Assembly: GCF_036588685.1 (NCBI RefSeq)
Contig: NC_086375.1
Location: forward strand, 10,292,001-10,356,000
Direction of reading: 5' to 3'
Source: Mytilus trossulus
Taxonomy: Eukaryota
Length of the DNA stretch: 64,000 bases
Positions 53,201-64,000 of the stretch are shown piece by piece (within the stretch, counting starts at the first letter, position 1; the number at the start of each line of letters is the position of its first letter). The notes under the pieces are model-generated. The model had not been told where the DNA came from. It did not search any database and worked only from the letters and a program-made list of their open reading frames with translations. The translations under genes were made by a program, and so were the position numbers.

Positions 53201-56200
53201 CCAAGGCTATGTGTTGAAGTCTGTACTTTGACCGATAATAATTTACTTTTAAAAAATTATGACTTGGATGGAGAGTTGTCTCATTGGCACTCATACCACA
53301 TCTTCTTAAGGTTGTAAAAAATCCAGGAAAAATAACTAGTAATGCAGTGTTTTCCCTAGAGGGTTTATGCATGGTGGTACCCCCATGCATTAATTTAGGC
53401 CCCCATCCTTCAAATCTTGAAATTCTTTATTACTCTATATACAAGTCCCCATCCTTCAAAATTCATGCCCACCATCCATTCAGCCAATCCCACCATCCTT
53501 CAAAACATTTCTAGGGAAAACACTGGTAATGACTGGGCTAGTGGTCAATACCGACACAAACAGTTCAATACCGGTAAAATACAATTCTTAAAGAGTAATA
53601 TGATGTCCGGCAAATGAATAGTTATGTATCTATTCATTTGATTTTCATATGTCAGAGGCTGATTTAAGGGGTTCCAGGCCCCCCACTTCTGGGAAAAAAT
53701 TAGGCTGCTTATATAGGGAATCACTGAAGCGTGACTGGAGTGGGCCCCCTCTTAGGTCAGTCAGTGGGCCCCCACTTATGAAAATTCCTGGATCCCAAAT
53801 CTGATTATAACTTTGTACACTGAATACTACATTTGAAATAAACGTAAAGATACTTTACACTCATTCACTATCATTTTCTCCGAAAAAAAATCAGTAAGTG
53901 TCTTTCTTAGAGTATACATCTAGTCTTAGAGCATGATTTTTTATTTGTTGTTAGTGGCTTTGAACTAGCTGTCAGTAATTTGGAGTACTCTCAGATCAGT
54001 TCTTAGTGTCTTTTGCTGTTGGGATATATATAATTATTACATTGGTTGCAATGAGTTACATTGATTTCCCAGTTAGATAAATCCGATAGTTTCACATGTG
54101 AAATAAACGTGGTTATTTCACTCTCTGACGTCATACAACAATAGGCGTTGTCAAGACGTCGATAAAGTCGAAACAAAACATGCGTAGAAAAACCATATAG
54201 TTCCTTACATTTTCTACATTAATTTCATAAATAAAAGTAATTTGACAATGTAATAAAAATCATAACTAATCACCGTATTTGAATATAAAAAATAAGACAA
54301 CTTATGACCGAACGCCACTATGGATTAAACTTGAGCTGCGCACTCGTTTAATTAGTACGTCGTTCGGTCACGCGTTGTCTTATTTTTTTTATATTCAAAT
54401 ACGGCGATTAGTTATACTATACATGCTATAAGTACCTGGACACGCCTACTCTGTGTAGTATTTGTATCCTTCTGATCAGTTAGTCTTTTTCAACTAATTT
54501 TATAGTTTGTTTTTATGTTGTACTGTTTTATTATTGTCCCAGGTTAGGGGGAGGATTGGAATCCCGCTAACATGTTTAACCCAGCCACATTCTGTATGTA
54601 TATGCCTGTAATTCAGTGGTTGTCGTTTGTTTATCATGCGTTACATATTTGTATTTCGTTCATTTTTTTGTACATAAATTAGGCAGTTAGTGTTCTTGTT
54701 TGAACAATGTTGAATTGTTTTACATATCATTTCGGGCCTTTTATAGCTGACTATCCAGAGTGGGCTTTGCTATTGTTGAAGGCAGTAAAGTGGCCTATAG
54801 TTGCTAATTTCTTTGTCATTTGGTCTCTTGTGGAGAATTGTCTCATTGTCAATCATACCACATCTTCTTTTTTATATGTATAAGTTATATGTATAAGTTA
54901 TATGTATAAGAATTCAGTACAATATTTCTTTTGGAAAATAAAGTTCATGCATGTGCTTTAAAATATTCAGAATGCAAAACTTTTGAAAAATTTGCAATAT
55001 ATTCATTTTTCATTTAATCTTATTAAAGATGTTTTCAGAAAGACACAAAGACACTCATGAACTATTGAGAACTTTATACATGATGTCGTGTATACATGTG
55101 TTTTTTTAATAAAAACAAACTAAATTTGTTTAAGTTCCATAAATAATCTTTATCCAAAACATCTACTTGTACTTTAATTTCAAAAAGGACTTTTACATAC
55201 ATGTATACTGATTCATGTAGGTAGGGATTATTTTTTTTACTTCGAGTCTATGGGAGCAACATTCTGACTTGAACAGCCCTTAATAAAATATGACAACAAA
55301 ATTAAGCGTGGCTATTTTTGAGACTAAAAAGTAGGTCACTGGAACCACACATAAATTTTTAAGTGGCATAATAGTAGGTTAGTAATCCACATCATAGCAC
55401 ATGTAAGCTGACTGCATGCACTCGTTACACATTTGATAGGAATGTGTAGAAGTATTAATTAGATATAGGAAGATGTGGTATGAGAGCCAATGAGACAACT
55501 CTGAGCTCTCCATCCAAGTCACAATAATCTACATGTAAACTTACCTTTGTAGCATTTTGAACAGAGTCCCATGGTCTTTGCTGATCTACAAAAAGCAAAA
55601 ACATCAATAATTACCGGTATACATGTTTTACCATAATAATCATAATAATTGAAACAGAAAGAAGGTCACAAACTAATGACTTTGCTTCAGAATCATAGGG
55701 AGAAATGACTCCTCTTTTAGAAACTAATAAGGGAGAAATGTTGAGATTGGAAATAGAAGTGCTTGTTCATTAATGTTCTATGAGTCTTTTATCATGTACA
55801 TGTATATGCCAGTCATGTATCTGTACTGTAGATATCATATTAAGAATACTGATTTTGGTCATAGCTGGTCTGCCTCCCGTGAATCTCGCACAAACATTTC
55901 AAATTTTCAATGTCGGACAGACAAAGAAAATATATGAAAATAAATAATGTTTGACAAGAGCTTTGATAAGGAAATTGAATATGACGCTTCTAATTAATAA
56001 ATGGATTAAACATTAACCAGGGCAATTTTAATCATGTTCTAACGAAACAAAAACTTATTTTGCCCAAATCAGTATGTTTTGATGTACATTCTCAAGAAGC
56101 ATGTTCCAATATTAAGACATTTTTCTCATGCGTCTTAACAAAGTTTTGCCAACGGCTTGAAACGCTCATCAGTCCAGAATAAAATTTACTAGTCTACGGC

Positions 56201-57002
56201 ATGGGACTAGTGTCCAACAGGACAATCTGTTAAGTTATGGAATATTTTTTTCATTTTGAACTCAGTTTACATGTATGAATTAACTTTCATTTCATGACTA
56301 GTATATATGAGGGGGGATAGGACCTTTATCGGGACTCCGGGATAGGCTGTTTTTAACCTCGGGATTTCGGGATTGCCCCTTTCAGGATCCGGGGATTGTT
56401 TTTGGATTTCAGGATTTCCTTTATTTAATTTCGGGACCTCGGGATTTAGTGTTTTTAAGCCCGGGATTTTCGGGATCAGGACCCTCCTATCCCCCCTCTA
56501 GTATGACAATGCAAAATTTGGCAGCCTCTAACAATCCCAAGTGACCATATTACCAATATGTTCTTTTTCATTGACCTTAATATGCTGAAACCAGCATTAT
56601 TTATCAAGCTGAACCATTATGCTGGTCACTTCTTGTCCCAACAAATGTAATTTGTAATCTTATGCTCATAAATAGCTAATCTTAATCTTCTATAATCAAG
56701 ATAATTGCAATTTAAAATCACTTTTAAGTTATAATTGTCTCTTCAAGGGGCCATAGAATTGTTACCCATTAACATTATGGTGAGAATCAATTGTGTTTGA
56801 ACGAATGGGAATAATCATGCTGTTATCTGCTTAAGATTTACAGATGTTGACATGCGATGATGCGTCAACACTTGTCAACAAATGAACGGGTCTGAACAAT
56901 TAATGAAAGAAAAATCGGTTTATTTCCCACCGATCTTCTTTATTCTTACCCGTAAAACCCACACGGACATAATAGCTGGTCACTACTCTTTGAATCCTCC
57001 AT
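50284..57002 (-). CDS. ZFAND3: AN1-type zinc finger protein 3 (A20 plus AN1 zinc fingers), about 221 aa
   Basis: Exons 56950-57002, 55545-55585, 52594-52647 (least certain), 51790-52018, 51165-51301 and 50284-50435 total 666 nt. A20 finger [21 protein letters not shown], Ser/Thr/Asn-rich linker, AN1 finger [41 protein letters not shown], and tail [11 protein letters not shown], all typical of ZFAND3. Confidence 0.92.
54030..54420. mobile_element. Double-hairpin non-autonomous element nested in an interspersed repeat
   Basis: An 11-bp IR (54034-54044 / 54246-54256) is followed by a long hairpin (54262-54415). Confidence 0.65.
54427..54875 (+). repeat. Abundant interspersed repeat (3' end ...ATTGGCAATCATACCACATCTTCTTTTT); other copies at about 62444-62694, 53130-53307 and 44540-44680
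   Basis: The shared 3' terminus and body are seen repeatedly in this window on both strands. Confidence 0.7.
56309..56497. mobile_element. MITE with GAGGGGGGATAGGA...TCCTATCCCCCCTC TIRs
   Basis: 14-bp TIRs and internal reiterated CGGGAT motifs. Confidence 0.75.
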
Positions 57003-57039
57003 TTTTGCAATGAAACTGTAGTTTCCAGGGCAAAATAGA

Positions 57040-57130
57040 TGGTTCCTGGCGACTGACGGATTGACAATCGCCAGCGATTAATTCGACCTGCCAATAGAGG
57101 GCGTCTTGAGTGCTTCCGGGGTCAAAAGGC
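57040..57130 (-). promoter_or_regulatory. Putative ZFAND3 core promoter
   Basis: CpG-rich patch upstream of the ATG, with CCAAT (about 57091) and ETS CTTCCGG (about 57113) motifs. Confidence 0.45.
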
Positions 57131-57668
57131 AACATACAAAGTGAATTTCTTAGATAGAGTTATCTTTCTTTGAACAAAACATCTAGTCAAAATATTAGAA
57201 TATCAGTACTCGTGTCAAATTGCAATATTCGGCAACCGATGTAGTCATTTCAGCACCCATGTTAAATATGTTGAATATGAATATTTTTTTAGTATTTTAA
57301 GGTGGCCTCTGTATTACTCAAACTAATATATTATTTCGTGCAAATCTGAGCTAAACAGCACTATAGGGCACATTTTTGGATATAGACGGTTCCAAGGCCA
57401 GGTAATTGTTCATTAATGAAAACGAATAGACACTGTTAGAGTTGCCATCAACTGAGACATAGATCTAGCTTTAAACTTTTGGTCATTACAAAATGACGGT
57501 TTTCATAGAAACTGAATTAAATCATATATTTGTTTTCAAAATACTAAATTAATAGTCCCAGCTTTTAACAAGTAGATACCCGCATAACAAATGGAAGTTA
57601 TTAACGACCTTGACTTGCTATACACAGCCCTTGCACGATCGGCCTGTAGGTCATATTCAGTTTATATA

Positions 57669-59009
57669 GTTTAAACAATATTTATTCAGATAAATCAACA
57701 TTAAACATATTAAACAATGAAATAATATTAGGGATTCAGAAACAAGCAATTTGCTTTTACAAATCTGTCTCCCTTTACAGACATAATACACTTATTTGAA
57801 CAATACATAAATATAAATACTGGCATGCTCTGTAATAAATATATGAATATGAAAAAGGTGAAAAAGGAAGAAAAAAAAAAATTCATGAGAAAAATAAAAT
57901 AAAAATAATAATAAATAAACGTGAATAATTGTAATTTATACAGTGTGAAATGCTTGGGTTCCTATTGAGCGATGAGGCATTAACATCAAGGGTTAAAACG
58001 TTTACTTTTAATAATATATTTTTGCACCAAACTGAATAAAATACTATTTTGCTCATCTGAGAGTACCGTTGATCCAAAAAGCAAAGTTTTTGTGTTTACT
58101 TGGACAGGAAGAACTGAAATAGAATCTTATAGTTCATGTCTTAAATTAATGTATATAGGACAAGATAACAGAAAGTGAGTATTTGTTTCTACATCACCAC
58201 AACGACAATTTGGAGAGTCTACTAAATTACGAACGAAAAGGTGAGAATTCAAAGAACTTGATTCCATTCTTAAGCGAGCATGAAGAATTTGACCAAGACG
58301 ATGTCCTATATAATAATACGTTGGGACCTTACTATTTTGGGTACTAATTTGTTTTTTGAATAATGATAGAGATTCACATTTCTTATGTTCAAGTTAAGAG
58401 TGTTCCATAGTTTTGTTGTTGCAGGGATGAAATATTCAGAATATAAACGGGTCCGTGTGTTGACTTGGGTAATATTATTTCTTTGTCTTGTATTATGATC
58501 ATGCCTACTTCCTACTGAATCAGGCAATAAGTCTCTTAAATACTCTGGAGTTTTATTATTCAAAATTTTGTGATAATGAATTAGTCTATGATTGCGTCGT
58601 CTTTCAGATAATTTTTCCCATCGAGTTTCAATATATAAATTGTTTATACTGGTAAGTTTAGTACCCCCCGTGACGATACGCGCTGCGTCAAGCTGGATAT
58701 TTTCAAGTTTAGCAATCAAATTCTGATTTTGGGAGTCACAAACGACATCGGCATATTCGAGAATCGGCCGAACAAATGATATATAAACTTTTTCAAGTGA
58801 AAATCTATCAAGAACATTTTTCATTTTTCTCATTATATTTATTCTTTTGTAAGCTTTAGAAACTATATATTCAATATGGTCGTTCCAGGATCCGTTGTTA
58901 GAAAAAAAGACACCTAGATGTTTGTGTTTGCTAACTGTTTGTAGCTCTTGGGTATTCATATTTAATGGAGGATGAAAGGGTCTATTTACTTTTTTTGAAA
59001 TTATCATAC
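57669..59009 (-). mobile_element. 5'-truncated non-LTR retrotransposon (CR1/L2-like LINE): RT C-terminus and 3' UTR
   Basis: ORF 58306-59007 has HKHLGVFFS, YISFVRPILEYA and TTKLWNTL motifs. A frameshifted continuation reads HARLRM...CRCGDVETNTHFLLSC. The 14-bp TSD ATTCAGTTTATATA lies at 57655-57668 and 59010-59023. Confidence 0.9.
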
Positions 59010-59977
59010 ATTCAGTTTATATATGTAATGAACTGGGAAGACATCAGATGACGTCAGCATCAACAAACAGATACTTATTTGTGAAATCGGGGACCGATAT
59101 AATATGACCATGATGACGTACAACAAATATTTTATTTGACTTTATAATATAATCTTCCTTGTTATATATATGCGGAAAAAACTTTTGATGTGTTAATTGA
59201 GATATGATTGGAATTTTCTATTTTGTTGTTACTTTTTAAAATTATAAGTCAGCCCTAGCTGTAACTGATTCTTCGTTTTCTTAATCTATATATAAACGAA
59301 AATTCATTAAACATTTGAAATATTGCTTTCCGACACATGATTTTATGAAAATGTATTAAAGTTAAAAATATAATACTTGTTTCCTTAATTACTTATCGTC
59401 TTAAAATGTGTTTTCAGCTTTTTATTATTTTTTAAATGAAGATGAAAATAATAATCACAACTATACTAGTTTAGTTTAGAGTCAAGGAGGACTTCATGAA
59501 TAAATGAACCCTTAAAGCTGTCAGTTGTTGTTTGGTATTTCGGATGATGGATGTGTATTTTATTCGTTGATTCATTGGCAAAAGAATGATAATTAAAAAC
59601 TGTCTTTGTTTCATTGAAGTTGTATTTATGTTTGTTGATCTCGGTTTAGATTGGCCTTGAGTAAGCATATTATGTATTCATTGTTTGTAACTTTATGAAA
59701 CAGTTTTCAGTGTTCGTTCTTTTAAGGTTTATCAGTTGATACACGACTTTGATTAGGTTGACACAAAGATGGTTTAACCCCAGAAATATAATATTCGTCG
59801 AGACCAACGACCGAGGGTTAATAAATCATTGATTTTCTAGTATGAGATCATGACAAGACATATCTAGCTCGTCCTCGTCCTCGTTTCTATATTGACGTTT
59901 AGTATATTTTCGGCTTTGTGGTTGTTAAATTTAATATAAAGTGGAATTATTAGTAGTAAGTACACTATTCTAAAACA

Positions 59978-60008
<31 letters not shown>

Positions 60009-60576
60009 AGAAAAAAAAGAAGAAAAAAAGAAGAAGAAAGACTAGAATGTGAATGCCGTTATAAATCTTCGTAATTGACGTTGCTCAGGAGAACAACTAT
60101 TTTGATATTGGCTTGACATTACGAAGAATTGCAAATTTAACAAAGACTTATAACGGAACATCAATGGTGGTATTACACCTTACCGAACATTGAAAAAACA
60201 AGTGTAACAAACTCCGCGACTGTCATACTCTGAATCGTAAAACATATTCGTGAAAGAAATGACAGTCTAACATTGAGATCGGATCGTGAAATATCTGGTA
60301 TCGAAACATGAATGCAATTCAATACAACTGAACTTAAAAAATCTACGAAAAAAATAAGCTTTTATTATCAAATAGCTTAATAAAACCAGGAAAAGATATA
60401 TGTTAGTCCCAAAAAGAATTCCTCCATTTTGAATTATATGCACTTAGAGTAAGATGAAGAGAAAATGTAGAACCTAATACGAAAATATGAGAGGCGACAC
60501 ATAAACCTATGCGAATCATTCAACAAAACACGTTTTGAATCGTGTATGATTTTATTCCAATAAATTGTGATAAACT

Positions 60577-60853
60577 AGATTTATCGCTATTTTGTGCATT
60601 TTTCCTTTGATCTTTTTTTGTGATAATTTTCATATCATGCTACTCGCTCGAGATGGAAAAATTATCGCTAGAAACTAAGGACGCCACGTGCGTTGTTAAC
60701 GAAATTGACATTGAAATTGACAACGTCGTCATAGGTAAAATAGCGATAAACAGATTATCATTGGTCATCTCAACTCGATTGCTTTTCTCACTTTCGCTGT
60801 TCCAGCTCAAGCGAGAAAATCATTCTCGTTGAGATAATCAACGATAATCTATA
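60577..60853. mobile_element. Double-hairpin non-autonomous element
   Basis: A 14-bp IR (60580-60593 / 60737-60750) is immediately followed by a long imperfect hairpin (60752-60850). Confidence 0.6.
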
Positions 60854-62776
60854 ACTATTGTATGTCAGATAGTGCAATAACATGGAGTTGATATTTACTT
60901 TCCAATGTTCAGAGTATTGTTTAAAAAGAATGTTTTGTAATTATTTTTTATAAAACTGATCATTTAAAACCAGCAAACGCGACACTACGCGACACTTCGC
61001 GAAAACAATGCGTGACCGAAATAAACTGTACAAGTTTTGTTCATTGTTGAAGGTGTTACTGTGACGTGTATATAGATGATTTAATCTACGTTATTTGATC
61101 TCTGGCGATTAGTTGTCTTTTGGCAAGTATACAAGATCTACTTATATTCCATTTAACAATTCGATTTCGTTTCCTCGACCCTGTGCTTAATTTGAAGCCT
61201 ATGATATCTATACAAGATTGTAAGTGAATTGTTTTATTTACATATGTTTTTGGTGTAGTTGACTCCACATAATTTTCTACAAAACCATTTGAAAAATTCA
61301 ATTGTAACTGACATTATAATATTTATATGCAGGCACATGAAGTACTTATTTGGTCGTTTACAGCCTTTGTTATTACGAAATGGTTGGGACGACCCTAACA
61401 TCTTACCTTATAGTTCATGCCATTACTTTAACCACGCAGTATTAGTTATACCACTGTCTCGCTCTTTATTAAAATCATATGATCACCTTTAAGGATACAA
61501 TTATTGGAAACTTTTTTGAATAACAATGCCAATCGTTCATTTCAATATTAAATGTCACGATAGTCTTGGACACAGGAAACACGTTAAGCAACATTCACAT
61601 TCCACTTAAATTATTACTAGTATATCTCTATAATGCAAAACTTTGATTCCTTGCACTGTTTAGGATATACCTTTTTGCACTTTTTAAGCTTTAATTTGTA
61701 TTTTATAAGTGTTGGATTTTCAAATATTTCGGCCTTGAGTATTTAATGTCGAAATGCGTAGCAGGTGCAGGCAATTGGTATCGTTAATATTATAATAAAC
61801 GGTTTTAAATGAACATCACTGAAAAAAACCCCAAAAGTTAACATAAGGGACAGAAAAATCGCCAATCATTTTTGTATGGAGATGTAAGCGTATGTAAAAC
61901 TGAAATATCAAAATGCAGAAAAGGACACTTTTGTGATGTTTGAATATATTTACTTTGAATGAGTTATCTTGAATAAATTAAGCATTATGAGTCAAAAATG
62001 ATTTGCATTTTAGTAATAAGCCGTATTCTCTTTTATTTATGTATAAAAAGAAGATGTGGTATGATTGCCAATTGCTAATTGCATTTAGATGCATATTCAC
62101 CAATTACATAAACATATAAAAAAGTATAGTTGAAAGAGATAACTCTTTGTGCCCATAGGATAACAGCTAACCTGGCCTAAGTAGATGCAGTATGATTGCC
62201 AATGAAACAAAAACCATTTAATTGTTATAAGTGACATCGACTATGGATGTGCAATGTTTTTTAAAATGACTCCGATGTCAACCACGGACATGCCTGCCGT
62301 CGTGATTGTTTGTTTTGATAACTATCATCTTGCTCAAATTCGTGTTTTGGTACAGTACAATGTCCTGCTTTTGGTCGAATACACAGAGGCATACTCTTTT
62401 TCACTATTATAGGCATATATTTACAATACATATTTACCACCAAACCTTGTCGTTTGTTTATGTGTTACATATTTGTTTTTCGTTCATTTTTTTACATAAA
62501 TAAGGCCGTTAGTTTTCTCGCTTGAATTGTTTTACATTGTCTTATCGGGGCCTTTTATAGCTGACTATATGCGGTATGGGCTTTGCTAATTGTTGAAGGC
62601 CGTACGGTGACCTATAATTGTTAATGTTTGTGTCATTTTGGTCTTTTGTGAATAGTTGTCTCATTGGCAATCATACCACATCTTCTTTTTTATACTGTCT
62701 ACTTTTATTTATAATTTTTAAGAATCACAAAGAATCCAGAATATTTTCAAGTAAAGCAACACAAACAAAACCAAAT

Positions 62777-64000
62777 CTAAAATTTGTTAGGTGAAGTATG
62801 TTCTTGAAATTCTACCCAGCAGGAATAATCTGAATTAGCTGATGAAAAATCTATATCAGTTTCGTCCGATAAACTTCTCTGAATCACCGACTCGGTCTTG
62901 ACATGGTGACCCAAATGTTTAGATTTTGAGCTTTCTGTTAAAAGTCTGCCATAGTCCGTACTGTGTGGTTTAAACACAACCCATGTACATTCAATGTTAG
63001 CAATATAGTGATCGTATCGCCCTTTTACTACAATTCCTCGGAAAGAATGAAAATAACCTCTTTTTTGTGAGGGATATGCAGATGACGGATACCCACCATT
63101 ACTACCATACGGGCCATATGTACGACCATAATTAGTATCAAAAGTTATGCCATCTAAAAGAATCCTTGTTCTAAGATCGATGTTTGTTATGACTTCATCC
63201 TCATCGAGTTCGAATTCATGCTCCGATAATATGGAGTGTTTAGTTTTTGGTCGGATGCCATGAAGTACACTCGTTCTTCTCTTATACTCCATTCGTATCC
63301 CTCCAATTACAGTAAACCCTTCCCATCGTATTATCCATAATCCAACTTTTATAGGTCGATCATTTATATCTGAAATTTCCTTTAAAACTCTCACCAACTG
63401 AAGATGATCCGGTAATTTGCAATGAGGACTTTTTTTGCATAAGCCTTTGAATATTCTAAATATTTCAAAGTCTGTGAAAATTTTCTTTTGAATAATGTTT
63501 ATTCTGCAAATAAAAAAAATGGATTAATCCAAGGTCTTGAAAGAGGGGTAATTATTATAAAGATAACTCAAATTTCTCTTCGGTATTTCTGAAAACTGAA
63601 TAACACTTAGAATATTTTTCACATATGAGATATTATCGACTTGATTAGCCTTTAATGTCTTACCAACAGCTTTTAGGATATGAAATTCAGGATTATCGAC
63701 TGGAATCCCTTTACGGAAAACAGACAGGTTTTTGTTCATCAAAAGGAGCTTGAACTCGTCATTAGAAAGACGACAGAACGCATTTTGCTGAACAAATGTT
63801 TCAAAATTTTCCGATATACGCAGGATTATAGTATCAATCAAATTGGTGAGGTCGAAACGAGGAGTTATCGACGTTACTTATCAAACCCTGTTCACACTCG
63901 TTCAATATATGCTTGACTTGGAGATGTGAAGCGGTTGCGGTGACATCTTGTAGTCTGTCAGTACTTATTTCAAGTCTTCCCGAATATGCAAAGTTTATGA
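62777..64000 (-). pseudogene. BTB-BACK domain protein with C-terminal jacalin-like lectin domain; disrupted, 5' end beyond the window
   Basis: BTB C-terminus INFAYSGRLEISTDRLQDVTATASHLQVKHILNEC, then a frameshift near 63860, then BACK-like ISENFETFVQQNAFCRLSNDEFKLLL, then an in-frame TAA at 63524-63526, then jacalin-like HEFELDEDEVITNI...GITFDTNYGRTYGPYGSNGG. No introns are evident. Confidence 0.7.

Noticed and set aside
59984-60040. Poly-A / purine run as a retrocopy tail
   Set aside because: No adjacent retroposed body or TSD was identified.

Overview
This is AT-rich, intron-containing animal DNA, not prokaryotic. The repeat landscape suggests a bivalve, probably Mytilus (inference). Three conserved genes can be fully reconstructed from splice sites and reading phase: SNRPD2 (Sm D2, minus), FKBP2 (plus, probably head-to-head with SNRPD2) and ZFAND3 (A20/AN1 zinc finger, minus). 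Also present: an unrecognised 9-exon gene (11512-23990, about 261 aa, two alternative first exons, 15-nt and 8-nt micro-exons); a disrupted BTB-BACK-jacalin-like gene running off the right edge; a recent non-autonomous LTR element (two apparently identical 549-bp LTRs, 4-bp TSD); several Helentron-associated (HINE/DINE-like) elements; a 5'-truncated LINE with a 14-bp TSD; MITEs; and tandem arrays. The most unusual theme is tandem amplification anchored at splice junctions: 13 copies of the FKBP2 exon end plus 5' splice donor, about 50 copies of a 67-bp unit abutting the SNRPD2 acceptor, a duplicated donor in the unknown gene, and a duplicated 72-nt exon-like unit. No CRISPR, rRNA or tRNA was seen. 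All calls were made by eye, without database searches.
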